Positions 1 through 7,875 are shown, numbered from the stretch's first letter. The stretch: 14,677 nucleotides of DNA from Chthonomonas calidirosea (GCA_945859975.1 CAMAPH010000052.1:1-14677); one strand, 5' to 3'. Program-made: numbers and translations. The notes: a model not told the origin generated them from the letters alone.

Positions 1-107
1 GTTGGCAGGTTTTCTGTGCCGACAACTTTTAGGCCGCCTTTGGTCTGCAAGAAGAACTTCGTAAGCTTGCGGATGACGGCATAGATGAGCGGGTTGCCAA
101 TGATCAC
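1..107 (-). CDS. 5' end of a probable lysophospholipid (1-acyl-sn-glycerol-3-phosphate) acyltransferase, PlsC-like; runs off the left edge
   Basis: Not in the ORF track. Manual translation from GTG at 107 gives (M)IIGNPLIYAVIRKLTKFFLQTKGGLKVVGTENLP. An amphipathic helix followed by 'LKVVGTENLP' matches the typical PlsC N-terminal 'v.G.EnlP' motif that precedes NHxxxxD (outside the window). A TATCAT hexamer lies 8 nt upstream. Confidence 0.65.
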   Translation of the reverse strand, partial: MIIGNPLIYAVIRKLTKFFLQTKGGLKVVGTENLP

Positions 108-157
108 AGACCTTGATGATACTTCCTAACGTTCGCTGAGCCGGGTAAACCTGCGGG

Positions 158-943
158 ATGGCTAACCAACTTGCCGCTCAGATGTACACCCTTCGGGACT
201 TTGTGAAGACGGGAGAGGGGTTGGATGCGGCCTTGCAGACTTTGCACGGCATCGGATATGCCGGGGTTCAGCTTTCGGCGATTGGCTGCATGGATGGCGA
301 GAACCCGGAGGTTTCGGCGGCGACGGCTCGGCAGATGTTGGATAGCCATGGGTTGGTTTGCGCGGCGACGCATCGGCCTTGGGAGCGGTTGCTGCATCAC
401 ACCGATGAGGAGATCGAGTTCCACCTCACTTTGGGCTGCACCTATACGGCGATTGGTGGGCTTTGGGGGACTAACGACGATCCGGGCAAGTACCACGAGT
501 TCGTCGGGGCTTCGATGGCGGTGGCCGAGAAGCTATCGGCGGCGGGGATTCGGTTTGGGTTCCACAACCATGCCCACGAGTTCATTTTGGACCGGCATAC
601 CGGCAAGACAAACTACGACATCATCATCGACGCTCCGCACATGATGCTGGAGATTGATACTTATTGGATTCAGCATGCGGGGATTGATCCGGCGAAGTTT
701 ATGTTGCGGTTCCCGGGTCGGTTGCAGGTGATCCATGTTAAGGATAAGGAAGTCGTTTCTGGCGATGGGCCGGTGATGGCTCCGGTGGGTGAGGGGAACT
801 TGGATTGGGACGCGATTATTGAGGCCGGGAAGGCCGGTGGGGTTGAGTGGTGGACGGTGGAGCAGGATTACTGTCGGCGCGATCCGTTTGACTGCTTGGC
901 TTCGAGTTTCGAGTTCCTCGCTGCGCGCGGACTAGCGGGCTGA
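158..943 (+). CDS. Sugar phosphate isomerase/epimerase, xylose-isomerase-like TIM barrel (AP endonuclease 2 / IolE-like family)
   Basis: 261 aa with the family motifs AQMYTLRD, GYAGVQL, FGFHNHAHEF, LEIDTYW, IHVKD, VGEGNLDW and VEQD. Confidence 0.9.
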   Translation: MANQLAAQMYTLRDFVKTGEGLDAALQTLHGIGYAGVQLSAIGCMDGENPEVSAATARQMLDSHGLVCAATHRPWERLLHHTDEEIEFHLTLGCTYTAIGGLWGTNDDPGKYHEFVGASMAVAEKLSAAGIRFGFHNHAHEFILDRHTGKTNYDIIIDAPHMMLEIDTYWIQHAGIDPAKFMLRFPGRLQVIHVKDKEVVSGDGPVMAPVGEGNLDWDAIIEAGKAGGVEWWTVEQDYCRRDPFDCLASSFEFLAARGLAG

Positions 944-1680
944 TGGTTGTCGAGATTGTCTGCTGTCGCGTGGCCGATGTCGTGGCGGTGCGGCAGGCCG
1001 GGGCGCATCGGGTGGAGCTTTGTTCGGCGATTGAGCTCGGAGGGTTGACGCCTTCTTATGGTTTGACGGTCGATGCCCTTGAGGTTGGGCTGCCGATTTT
1101 GGCGATGATTCGGCCCCGAGGGGCGGGATTTCTTTATGACAACTCCGACTTTCAGGTGATGAAGGCGGACGTTTTGGCTTTGTCTCGCTTGCCGATCGCC
1201 GGGTTTGTGACCGGGATTTTGTTGGCGGATGGTCGGCTGGACTTGGTCCGGATGGCGGAGCTTCGTGCTTTGGCTCCAGATTTGGACTGGGTTTGTCACC
1301 GGGCTTTTGATGCGGTGCCCGATCCGTTTGCGGCTTTGGACCAGTTGGTGGAGCTGGGCTTTACGCGGGTTTTAACCAGCGGCCAGCGGCCTCGGGCTAC
1401 GGAGGCTCTTTCGCTGGTTCGAGAATTGGTTGCCTATGCGGGTGACCGGATTGAGGTTTTGCCGGCGGGCGGCTTGCGGCCGCATAATGTTGCCTCGTTT
1501 GTTGAAGCCACGGGGGTTTCGCAGGTTCATTTGGCTCCGTTTGGCTGGATGCCGGACGTTTCGACGGTCCGCGCCCGGGAGGCGGGGATTGGGTACGGGA
1601 TCCCGGAGATTCCGCGAGAAGACGCTTTTCGGGAGATCGACGGCGACGCGGTGCGGGCGGTTGTGACGGCGTTTTCCTGA
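943..1680 (+). CDS. cutC: Copper homeostasis protein CutC family
   Basis: 245 aa with GAHRVELCSAIELGGLTPS, MIRPRGAGFLY, CHRAFD, RVLTSG and AGGL. TGATG stop/start overlap with the upstream gene at 941-945. Confidence 0.93.
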   Translation: MVVEIVCCRVADVVAVRQAGAHRVELCSAIELGGLTPSYGLTVDALEVGLPILAMIRPRGAGFLYDNSDFQVMKADVLALSRLPIAGFVTGILLADGRLDLVRMAELRALAPDLDWVCHRAFDAVPDPFAALDQLVELGFTRVLTSGQRPRATEALSLVRELVAYAGDRIEVLPAGGLRPHNVASFVEATGVSQVHLAPFGWMPDVSTVRAREAGIGYGIPEIPREDAFREIDGDAVRAVVTAFS

Positions 1681-1843
1681 CCGCGTTTTTTATTATTTAA
1701 TGTTCCCGCCTTAGGCGCGAAACATAAATTTCCGATTTCGGGTCCGTTTTTGGGCATCTGTACCCTTAAGTTTTCGGGGCGAGGAAAAGTAAACCAAGGG
1801 TTTTACGGGGTGCTTTACGGTGGAGCCTGAGCGATTCTTAGGG

Positions 1844-1920
1844 AATATATAATTATATGTAATTATGATATATTGACTTTGTATTGAATTAAAGCAAACA
1901 GAATCTTTGTTAGGTTGTTT
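1844..1920. promoter_or_regulatory. AT-rich tract with a perfect 12-bp palindrome (ATATAATTATAT, 1847-1858), a TAATTAT repeat at 10-bp pitch and TTGACT (1873-1878); possible operator/promoter
   Basis: Read directly from the sequence. No well-spaced -10 follows TTGACT, and the tract lies between convergent genes, so its function is uncertain. Confidence 0.3.
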
Positions 1921-1977
1921 ATCACTCTTCGACCACAGCTATCGGTAACATCGAAATTGTCAGATTAAAGGCGCAAA

Positions 1978-2020
1978 GCCCCTCGGGGGTGGGCTGAAAA
2001 GTGCACGCACAGCCCATACC
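1978..2020. terminator. Stem-loop(s) between the convergent cutC and island operon 3' ends; possible terminator
   Basis: TGGGCTG (1990-1996) pairs with CAGCCCA (2010-2016). An adjacent small hairpin CCCC-TCG-GGGG (1979-1989) is preceded by AAA, which gives a short U-run on the minus strand. There is no strong poly-U tract. Confidence 0.3.
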
Positions 2021-2049
2021 TAGGCACGTGACATTGTCATTTTTTGCAA

Positions 2050-2439
2050 TCAGGCGCTTTCTTGGTCGTCGATCCTCAAAGCGGCTCGTACTCTGACTCT
2101 TTCACCAGTGGAGAGAAGCATTGGATTGCGACAGCTTCTGAGCCACAGCCTTCGGAGCAGGGCAGCGTCGCCTACAGACAGGGCTTCAGCTCGATACCGC
2201 TCTTCGGTCCGCAATAGTGCTTTGGCCTGCTGATCCAAAATCCACTCTGGCAGGCCGCCAAGACCTCTCACAGACACCCCAATTCTGTCCATAAGATCTT
2301 CTCGCTTTAGTTGTGCAACGGCATCGAAGAGGTCGATGGCCAGTTTTCGCACGATAGATCGTCCAGCAGGAAAAAAACTGTTCCGCTCTCGGAACAGAAC
2401 CGCCTCCAGTTCCTCTACGCTTTGCTCCGGATTACTCAC
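2050..2439 (-). CDS. Hypothetical protein, 129 aa, probably alpha-helical; last gene of the operon
   Basis: GTG start 2 nt after the stop of the MotB-like gene, on the same strand. Charged amphipathic helical pattern with no recognisable catalytic motif. Confidence 0.65.
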   Translation of the reverse strand: MSNPEQSVEELEAVLFRERNSFFPAGRSIVRKLAIDLFDAVAQLKREDLMDRIGVSVRGLGGLPEWILDQQAKALLRTEERYRAEALSVGDAALLRRLWLRSCRNPMLLSTGERVRVRAALRIDDQESA

Positions 2440-2441
2440 GC

Positions 2442-3176
2442 CTAGTTCATCTCGTCGTCAGTGTAAAACAGCACAATGTCAACTCTACCGGCAAGTTTAG
2501 AGGTCAACAAACGAGATTTAAAATAGAGTTCGCTGCCTGTTCCATAAGAGATCGCGTATTTACTGGCGATAGCATTGGGTGGTACATCGCCCAGTTCAGG
2601 CTTGGCAATTGCCCCTGCTGAAACAAGGACGTTGTAGACAGCATCAGCGCGTTCGCGAGAATTGAGTAGTGCTTGACGCCGTGCCGCATCACCTACCCCG
2701 AATTCAGCTGGCTCAGTGATCCCGTGTGTGAACAGATAAGCAAATTCTCGAGCGTGCTTTTTGAAGATTCGGGCCATCGCGACAAGGAGTTGCCGACCTG
2801 CGGGCGTTAACTGGGAATTACGTTGCCCTTGAAACATCGGCAAATAAATCTTGATTCGCTGAAAATTCCCATTCTCCCAAATCTGTGCAAGGATTTGCCC
2901 TTTTGAGTCCAGTACCGCGGTGTGACGTGATTCTTTCGACGGACCGCGCTCTTCCGATCTCGTGCCCGACCCAAATATTTTCACACATTCCTCGCGTACT
3001 GCCTTCTGACGATCTTGTCTCGCAACCAGAAGAAGCGCCTGAGAATTGGCAAGAGCGGACACTACTGAGAACATCGCAAAGAAGAATGTCAATCCAATAG
3101 TCATGTCTGTCAGGACCACGAATGGATTTGATCGGAATCCTTCGTTACTACCATTTTTGCGAGCACGCCTTCTCAT
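2442..3176 (-). CDS. MotB/OmpA-like peptidoglycan-binding membrane protein (ZorB-like)
   Basis: Basic N-tail, then a TM segment NPFVVLTDMTIGLTFFFAMFSVV with Asp at the MotB/ZorB/ExbD position (D24, codon 3105-3107). OmpA-like C-domain: F..NSQLTPAGRQLL, THGITE, LNSRERADAVYNVL, ISYG, GRVDIVLF. I prefer the ATG at 3176 (ATGA overlap with the upstream stop, AAGGA 7 nt upstream) to the track's start at 3194. Confidence 0.8.
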   Translation of the reverse strand: MRRRARKNGSNEGFRSNPFVVLTDMTIGLTFFFAMFSVVSALANSQALLLVARQDRQKAVREECVKIFGSGTRSEERGPSKESRHTAVLDSKGQILAQIWENGNFQRIKIYLPMFQGQRNSQLTPAGRQLLVAMARIFKKHAREFAYLFTHGITEPAEFGVGDAARRQALLNSRERADAVYNVLVSAGAIAKPELGDVPPNAIASKYAISYGTGSELYFKSRLLTSKLAGRVDIVLFYTDDEMN

Positions 3177-4753
3177 CGCCGCATCCTTTGCCAAAACGGA
3201 GCACGAACTTCTTCGAGGATTTCATTCAGCTTTCGGTGGACATTATCCGCATTTCCAGCTTGATCTGTGCTTGGGGTGTTGAGCATCGCTATTCGCTGCT
3301 CAATCCGAGCCAGTTGCTCGATCAATAATGAAGTGGGAGAGGAGTCGGCGCTCGTAGTAATCGCCGCGCGGATTGACGATAGAAGTTGCTGCAGTTCAGG
3401 GATCTGGAGTTCAAACTCAGATACACGAGCACTGACCGGCGCGAATGCCGTTTCAATCAAGCCATCTAAGCGCTCTCTGGTAATCCGATCCGGGAGTTCT
3501 GCCGCTTGATCAGCGATTTCGGTAAAAAAAGACTCTAGCTCATCTAGTCGTTTACCTAGACTGACGAGTACATCGTTCGTGCGTTCCGTTTGAGTGTCAA
3601 TGCGCTGCAAAATCGAAGTGAGAACATCATTAACCTCAGCTCGGATGCCGGCAGGTACCGCGCGAGCCGCATCTGCGGCTTCCTTGACGATTTGTTGCAC
3701 CGAGCCCGAATCTTCAAGTACCAACGCCGCTCGCTGAACTGCTTCGGACATCGCGACTGTCTGCTTCTGGACAATCAAAAGCGATGCCTTGGTTTCAGCC
3801 AGCGATTCTTCTGTCACATTACGCGACTCGCTAATAGTTGCAATTTCGGCGTGAATCGCCTGAGAGCCATCTCGAACGGCGCTGGCGATTACTTCAGCAC
3901 CAATTTGAGTGGCACTGCCAAGTCGATCAGCCGCATTGTTCGCGGCGCCCTCGAGTTCCTTGGCCCCTGCACTCAACGCATCGGTCAACCCAACCTGCGC
4001 AGCCCGAAACTCATCTCGCACTCCCTCCAAGCTTACCTTAGAGCTCCTGGCGATAGCCTCAGCTGTCACGGCGGTCGCTTGGAGCTTTTCTTGGATGGTG
4101 TTAAGGGCGGGGACGACACTGGCGATAGAAGCAGCCAACTGATTTGAAACTTTTCGAAGCTCTTCGAACGTTGGATCAAGACTCGATCCAGCACCCGCTG
4201 CTTCCAGCATTTTGGCGTACGCTACTTCTTCAAGAAGTCGCGCTAGTTCCTCTCTGAGGCGGTCAATTTCCGCTAAGAAAGCTTGGGTAACTACGGTGGC
4301 TATAACGCCAGCAATGGCCGCCCAGAACGCATTGCCAAAGTTGCCCAGAACGTCACTTGCTCGCTGGACAAATTGCTGTACTTCCTCACTGGACCTTACG
4401 TTCGGATTGCCGAAAAGGCCTACAGCCTCACGCAGACCTAAGAGGGCACCAACTAATCCGATGTAAACGGCGGATTGGGAAAAGAAACGGGCGATCCCGA
4501 TACGCACAGGAATTGCTTCTTCGCTAGCGATATCAGCTAGTCCGGCTGGATCAATTGCTTGCCGACGCTCCACTAAGGCCCGGATTCCTCTGTACACTCG
4601 GTCCGCAGATGGAGAGTTTACAGAACCTGGACGCCACACTTTAACGGCCTCAGTTTCCTCACGAAGCGCCCGGATCGCTAAAATCTCAATGACGACGACG
4701 TAGACTGTTCCTGCTACTAGAAGCAGTGCGGCTAGAACTGGAATGTTTTCCAT
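3173..4753 (-). CDS. MotA/TolQ/ExbB proton-channel family protein with a long C-terminal helical tail (ZorA-like)
   Basis: TM1 at the N-terminus, TM2 SAVYIGLVGALLGL and TM3 GNFGNAFWAAIAGVIATVV match the MotA/ExbB channel pattern. They are followed by ~360 aa of Ala/Glu/Ser/Leu-rich helical sequence. Translationally coupled to the MotB-like gene. Confidence 0.8.
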   Translation of the reverse strand: MENIPVLAALLLVAGTVYVVVIEILAIRALREETEAVKVWRPGSVNSPSADRVYRGIRALVERRQAIDPAGLADIASEEAIPVRIGIARFFSQSAVYIGLVGALLGLREAVGLFGNPNVRSSEEVQQFVQRASDVLGNFGNAFWAAIAGVIATVVTQAFLAEIDRLREELARLLEEVAYAKMLEAAGAGSSLDPTFEELRKVSNQLAASIASVVPALNTIQEKLQATAVTAEAIARSSKVSLEGVRDEFRAAQVGLTDALSAGAKELEGAANNAADRLGSATQIGAEVIASAVRDGSQAIHAEIATISESRNVTEESLAETKASLLIVQKQTVAMSEAVQRAALVLEDSGSVQQIVKEAADAARAVPAGIRAEVNDVLTSILQRIDTQTERTNDVLVSLGKRLDELESFFTEIADQAAELPDRITRERLDGLIETAFAPVSARVSEFELQIPELQQLLSSIRAAITTSADSSPTSLLIEQLARIEQRIAMLNTPSTDQAGNADNVHRKLNEILEEVRAPFWQRMRR

Positions 4754-4759
4754 CTGCGG

Positions 4760-7700
4760 CTAGGATGCTCCCAGAAGGGTATCGAAGCGAATCCTCTGGC
4801 TACACTGAACATTCGGGCAAATCTCAGGAAGTGCTGGCACCGGTCCGCCGTTGTCAGGCGCGAGGAACTGGTTGCAGTTATCGCATCGCCAAGCTGCAGG
4901 ACTTTCGCCGGATGCAATGGCTTGTATCGCGTTGACCCGGTTGAGATCAAAACTGAATGAACCTAAAATTGCCTTTAGAAGTTCAGGGCGAGTTCTGAGG
5001 TCGTCAAGTTCACGGGTGAACGCTTGCTTGTTATCGACTTCTTTGTTGCCGATAAGCAGGTTCCAATTGTCAACCGCGGCATTAAACGGCGTGATCAGCA
5101 TCGCCGCGCCAGCAACCCCTACGGCGGCAATCTTATCAGTTACTTGGTCTTTCAGGTTTTGAAGGGCCAGTGGATCTCGCCCCAAAATGTAAGCCGCATC
5201 GCTTAGGTCTCGATTGCGGCTAAGGGAGAAGTCTCTGGCAGGATCAAAGGGCGTGGCGAGCGTCCGGAACGTTAGTCCACCCCCCTGTACTGGCTTCACG
5301 ATTCCAAAAGCGGACGCCAGCAGGATGAGGCCGATGTTTCGGCGTTCTTCCCGATCCAAGGGCGCACCATCAAGGCGTTGCCAAACGATGTCCGACCGAG
5401 ACCTGCGTGATGGAGTGTAGTGAGAGATGTGCTCCTCAATACCCTTGATAGAATAGATTGAAAACCCCGATACAGCTTCGGTGAAGAGGATACGATGCGG
5501 GTCACTCGTGTGATCAACAGGAAGTCCAAGTCTCTTCAATGCTGAGTTCACTGACGCCGCATCTCCAACCTGGTCGCCGCCTACGGCATGGAAGTACACC
5601 CGAGCTGGCCGACGAATATTGTCGGGGCGGGTCGGAAAACCAAATTGATTATCGGTAGGGTTTACATCAATGCTGATGCGTCCTGCATCGGCAGCCTTTC
5701 TGAGTTCTGACTCCCAGTTCGGCCACACAAGGAGACGACGCTCGACACGCTCGTCCTTTACTTCCAAGAAAGGTGCGCGCGCATCTTGAATAACCTTATC
5801 CTTATCATCTGCAGTCGCCTTGCGTGGGCGGTCGTAAATACTCAGCCCGTGAGGGCTTAACAGTGCAGTGAACCAATCGTTTTGCTTGTTTAATACAGTT
5901 GTCGCCGCTGTATTTTCGACTTTAGTGTCTTTGAGGTAGCGAACCCACTCCTCTTGGATTGTCTGATTCGGCGTGAAGAGCACGAGTCCGCGTACTAGGG
6001 GACCGCGCGCGTTTCGATCACTGGCTACTTTATCCAAGTCCGCTTTCACGAAGGTGAGGAACTGCGCAAGACCGTTAGGGCCACTGTTTATCCGATCGTA
6101 GAGTGATTTCGCCCTTTCAACAATTCGCTTAAGATTTTCCTTCTCAAATTCCTCGCTCGTTATGATGAGGGTTGATTGCCAATGATCATTGATTTGCTTA
6201 ACCCAACGCGAAGTGATCTCCTGCGGTTTTGGCTTGCGAACAAATGGGTTACAACCTTTCTTTGCTCCCAGCTCTCGCCATATGGAATTTGCCCGATCCA
6301 AGCTTGACTGGGCCTGAGCCCGGATGCCAATGTCCGTCTTCGGACTTTCCAAATCAAGTAGCCTTTGCTCTGAAATAGTGATAAGCTGTTTGAGCAAGCT
6401 GGCAGCATAGTAGACACCATGTGATGGTTGCTGGCAATATTGCGCAACTTTGGCGTCCAGCTTTTTGACCCGGGCGTCAGCAAGTTCGGCCGCTACCTCG
6501 TAGATCGGGTTGCGAAATTCACCAGCATAGTTCTGATCGTGACTTTGCGAAGCTTGCGCAATGTTGTTTTTTATGTGCAGCTCATGTTTATCCCGAGCCG
6601 ATAGATTTCCTTTCAGTGCTGAGCTGGCCGCATTCTGCGCCTCAATGCCTATCCGCTCAAGATAGAGTTGTACTTTCTCGTTGTTGACCATTGCGTGGGC
6701 ATACGAGTCTTCAGAAATTGCTAGCTCGGAGGCAAAGGCAAGAACCTCATTGTCATTTGCTACACGGTTCTGCAAGACGCTTCCAATAGCTGCTCCCGCT
6801 AGGCGAGCTGCCAAACCTTCGATAATATGTTCAGCTGGGAAAAGCACCACCGATGCACCGAGAGACGCATAGGAAAGGGGACGGCCTTTAGTATCGCGCT
6901 CCGAACCATAATTGCCTAACCCGTCAACAAGCTTATTCACGACCCAGTTTCCGCTGTCGGCGACGGAGGTCAAGTGTATGAGTTCAGCTACGGAATGCGC
7001 TAGCGGCGAGAATGCCTCTGGTTTTGTATCTCCAGTTTCTGGCTGCAGTAAGGCGACAATATCGAATGGTCTTGTTTGGCTTCGGACTGTATTAAGCCGA
7101 TTGGGAAACTTCACTTCGTAAGGCTTTCCAATGTGATAATGATTCAACTCCGTGAGAGCAGCAAGTGCATTTCCCCAGTGAACGGGTTCTGCATATGAAG
7201 AATGTGGAATGGTGAGGTAGGCGTCCACCTTGACTCGGCTGCCTACACCTGAAACGCTTTTCAGGAAATAGCCAATGTCTATGAAACTACCGCTATTGGT
7301 TCCACCCGTTAGCGATCCCACAATAAAAACTTGAATGCTATGCTCGCCCCCAACCGATCCGAAGGAAACACGTTGTTCACGTCCGTCCTTGTTGTTCCCT
7401 ATGGCTTTGCTTGCATCAGCTTCACTCAAGCCATCCAGATCATGGAACTGCGCTAGAAAGTCAGATAGGAACACAGCATGATTATCTTCATGCAGGAAAC
7501 ATAGCCGTCCGGTAGGGCGCGAATTGTTTGCGCCATGAAGTGGTGCTCCGCCCGCGATCATCACTTGGCGAATTTCACCATCTGCCCAGGTGGAAAACGC
7601 GATCTTCTCATCGTAGGCAGCAGGTGTGCGGAAGTATCGGTCCCAAGTGTCGTTGCCAATACCCAAGTGACGAACCAAGCCCTTACGTGTCAATGGACTT

Positions 7701-7849
7701 GATTGCTTCTGCTCAGTTTCGTAGACGAGAAACTTCAGCCACGGAGTTCGGTCAAGTCCACCATGGTCTGCCTCGATGCGTTGCACAAGATGCTGTGCCA
7801 CATCGTGGCCGAACGAACCCATACCGATAACAATCGTCTTGACCGCCAT
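4760..7849 (-). CDS. Tubulin/FtsZ-like protein (Tubulin_2 / FtsZl1-type) with a long helical C-terminal region and a terminal Zn ribbon
   Basis: TIVIGMGSFG, FLVYETE, GANNSRPTGRL, GSLTGGTNSGSFIDIGY, NALAALTELNHY and RPFD follow the order of Tubulin_2 motifs. The C-terminus has CDNC-x18-CPNVQC. 1029 aa. Confidence 0.85.
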   Translation of the reverse strand: MAVKTIVIGMGSFGHDVAQHLVQRIEADHGGLDRTPWLKFLVYETEQKQSSPLTRKGLVRHLGIGNDTWDRYFRTPAAYDEKIAFSTWADGEIRQVMIAGGAPLHGANNSRPTGRLCFLHEDNHAVFLSDFLAQFHDLDGLSEADASKAIGNNKDGREQRVSFGSVGGEHSIQVFIVGSLTGGTNSGSFIDIGYFLKSVSGVGSRVKVDAYLTIPHSSYAEPVHWGNALAALTELNHYHIGKPYEVKFPNRLNTVRSQTRPFDIVALLQPETGDTKPEAFSPLAHSVAELIHLTSVADSGNWVVNKLVDGLGNYGSERDTKGRPLSYASLGASVVLFPAEHIIEGLAARLAGAAIGSVLQNRVANDNEVLAFASELAISEDSYAHAMVNNEKVQLYLERIGIEAQNAASSALKGNLSARDKHELHIKNNIAQASQSHDQNYAGEFRNPIYEVAAELADARVKKLDAKVAQYCQQPSHGVYYAASLLKQLITISEQRLLDLESPKTDIGIRAQAQSSLDRANSIWRELGAKKGCNPFVRKPKPQEITSRWVKQINDHWQSTLIITSEEFEKENLKRIVERAKSLYDRINSGPNGLAQFLTFVKADLDKVASDRNARGPLVRGLVLFTPNQTIQEEWVRYLKDTKVENTAATTVLNKQNDWFTALLSPHGLSIYDRPRKATADDKDKVIQDARAPFLEVKDERVERRLLVWPNWESELRKAADAGRISIDVNPTDNQFGFPTRPDNIRRPARVYFHAVGGDQVGDAASVNSALKRLGLPVDHTSDPHRILFTEAVSGFSIYSIKGIEEHISHYTPSRRSRSDIVWQRLDGAPLDREERRNIGLILLASAFGIVKPVQGGGLTFRTLATPFDPARDFSLSRNRDLSDAAYILGRDPLALQNLKDQVTDKIAAVGVAGAAMLITPFNAAVDNWNLLIGNKEVDNKQAFTRELDDLRTRPELLKAILGSFSFDLNRVNAIQAIASGESPAAWRCDNCNQFLAPDNGGPVPALPEICPNVQCSQRIRFDTLLGAS

Positions 7850-7858
7850 GACCTGCGC

Positions 7859-7874
7859 ATTCTACACCATAGCA
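7859..7874 (-). promoter_or_regulatory. Candidate internal promoter (-10 elements) upstream of the tubulin-like gene
   Basis: The minus strand reads aaTGcTATGGTgTAGAATgcgcaggtcATG: an extended -10-like TGnTATGGT plus TAGAAT 9 nt before the ATG, in a 26-nt gap with no well-placed SD. Confidence 0.35.
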
Positions 7875-7875
7875 T

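Noticed and set aside
943..1680. Functional link between cutC (copper) and the Cys-rich island proteins
   Set aside because: cutC has host-like composition, lies on the opposite strand and is coupled to the epimerase gene. The adjacency is most simply the insertion site.
104..1757. Alternative-frame ORFs (104..496-, 225..644+, 533..736-, 868..1299-, 1430..1666+, 1527..1757-)
   Set aside because: They overlap well-supported genes and give Arg/Pro-rich shadow translations typical of high-GC DNA.
1681..2049. CRISPR array, tRNA or IS end in the long intergenic gap
   Set aside because: No regularly spaced repeats, no cloverleaf or T-loop motif, and no terminal inverted repeat matching the other island end.
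3173..4260. Methyl-accepting chemotaxis protein
   Set aside because: The helical Ala/Glu/Ser-rich tail resembles an MCP only in composition. The conserved hairpin-tip motif (LLALNAAIEAARAGE.GRGFAVVA) is absent.
2442..4753. Calling these genes flagellar motA/motB, exbB/exbD or canonical zorA/zorB
   Set aside because: No flagellar or TonB context, the long tail is atypical of MotA/ExbB, and no ZorC/D/E/F/G is recognised. Left as ZorAB-like without gene symbols.
4760..7849. Cell-division ftsZ
   Set aside because: 1029 aa, Tubulin_2-type motifs, no dcw cluster context and no FtsZ C-terminal peptide.
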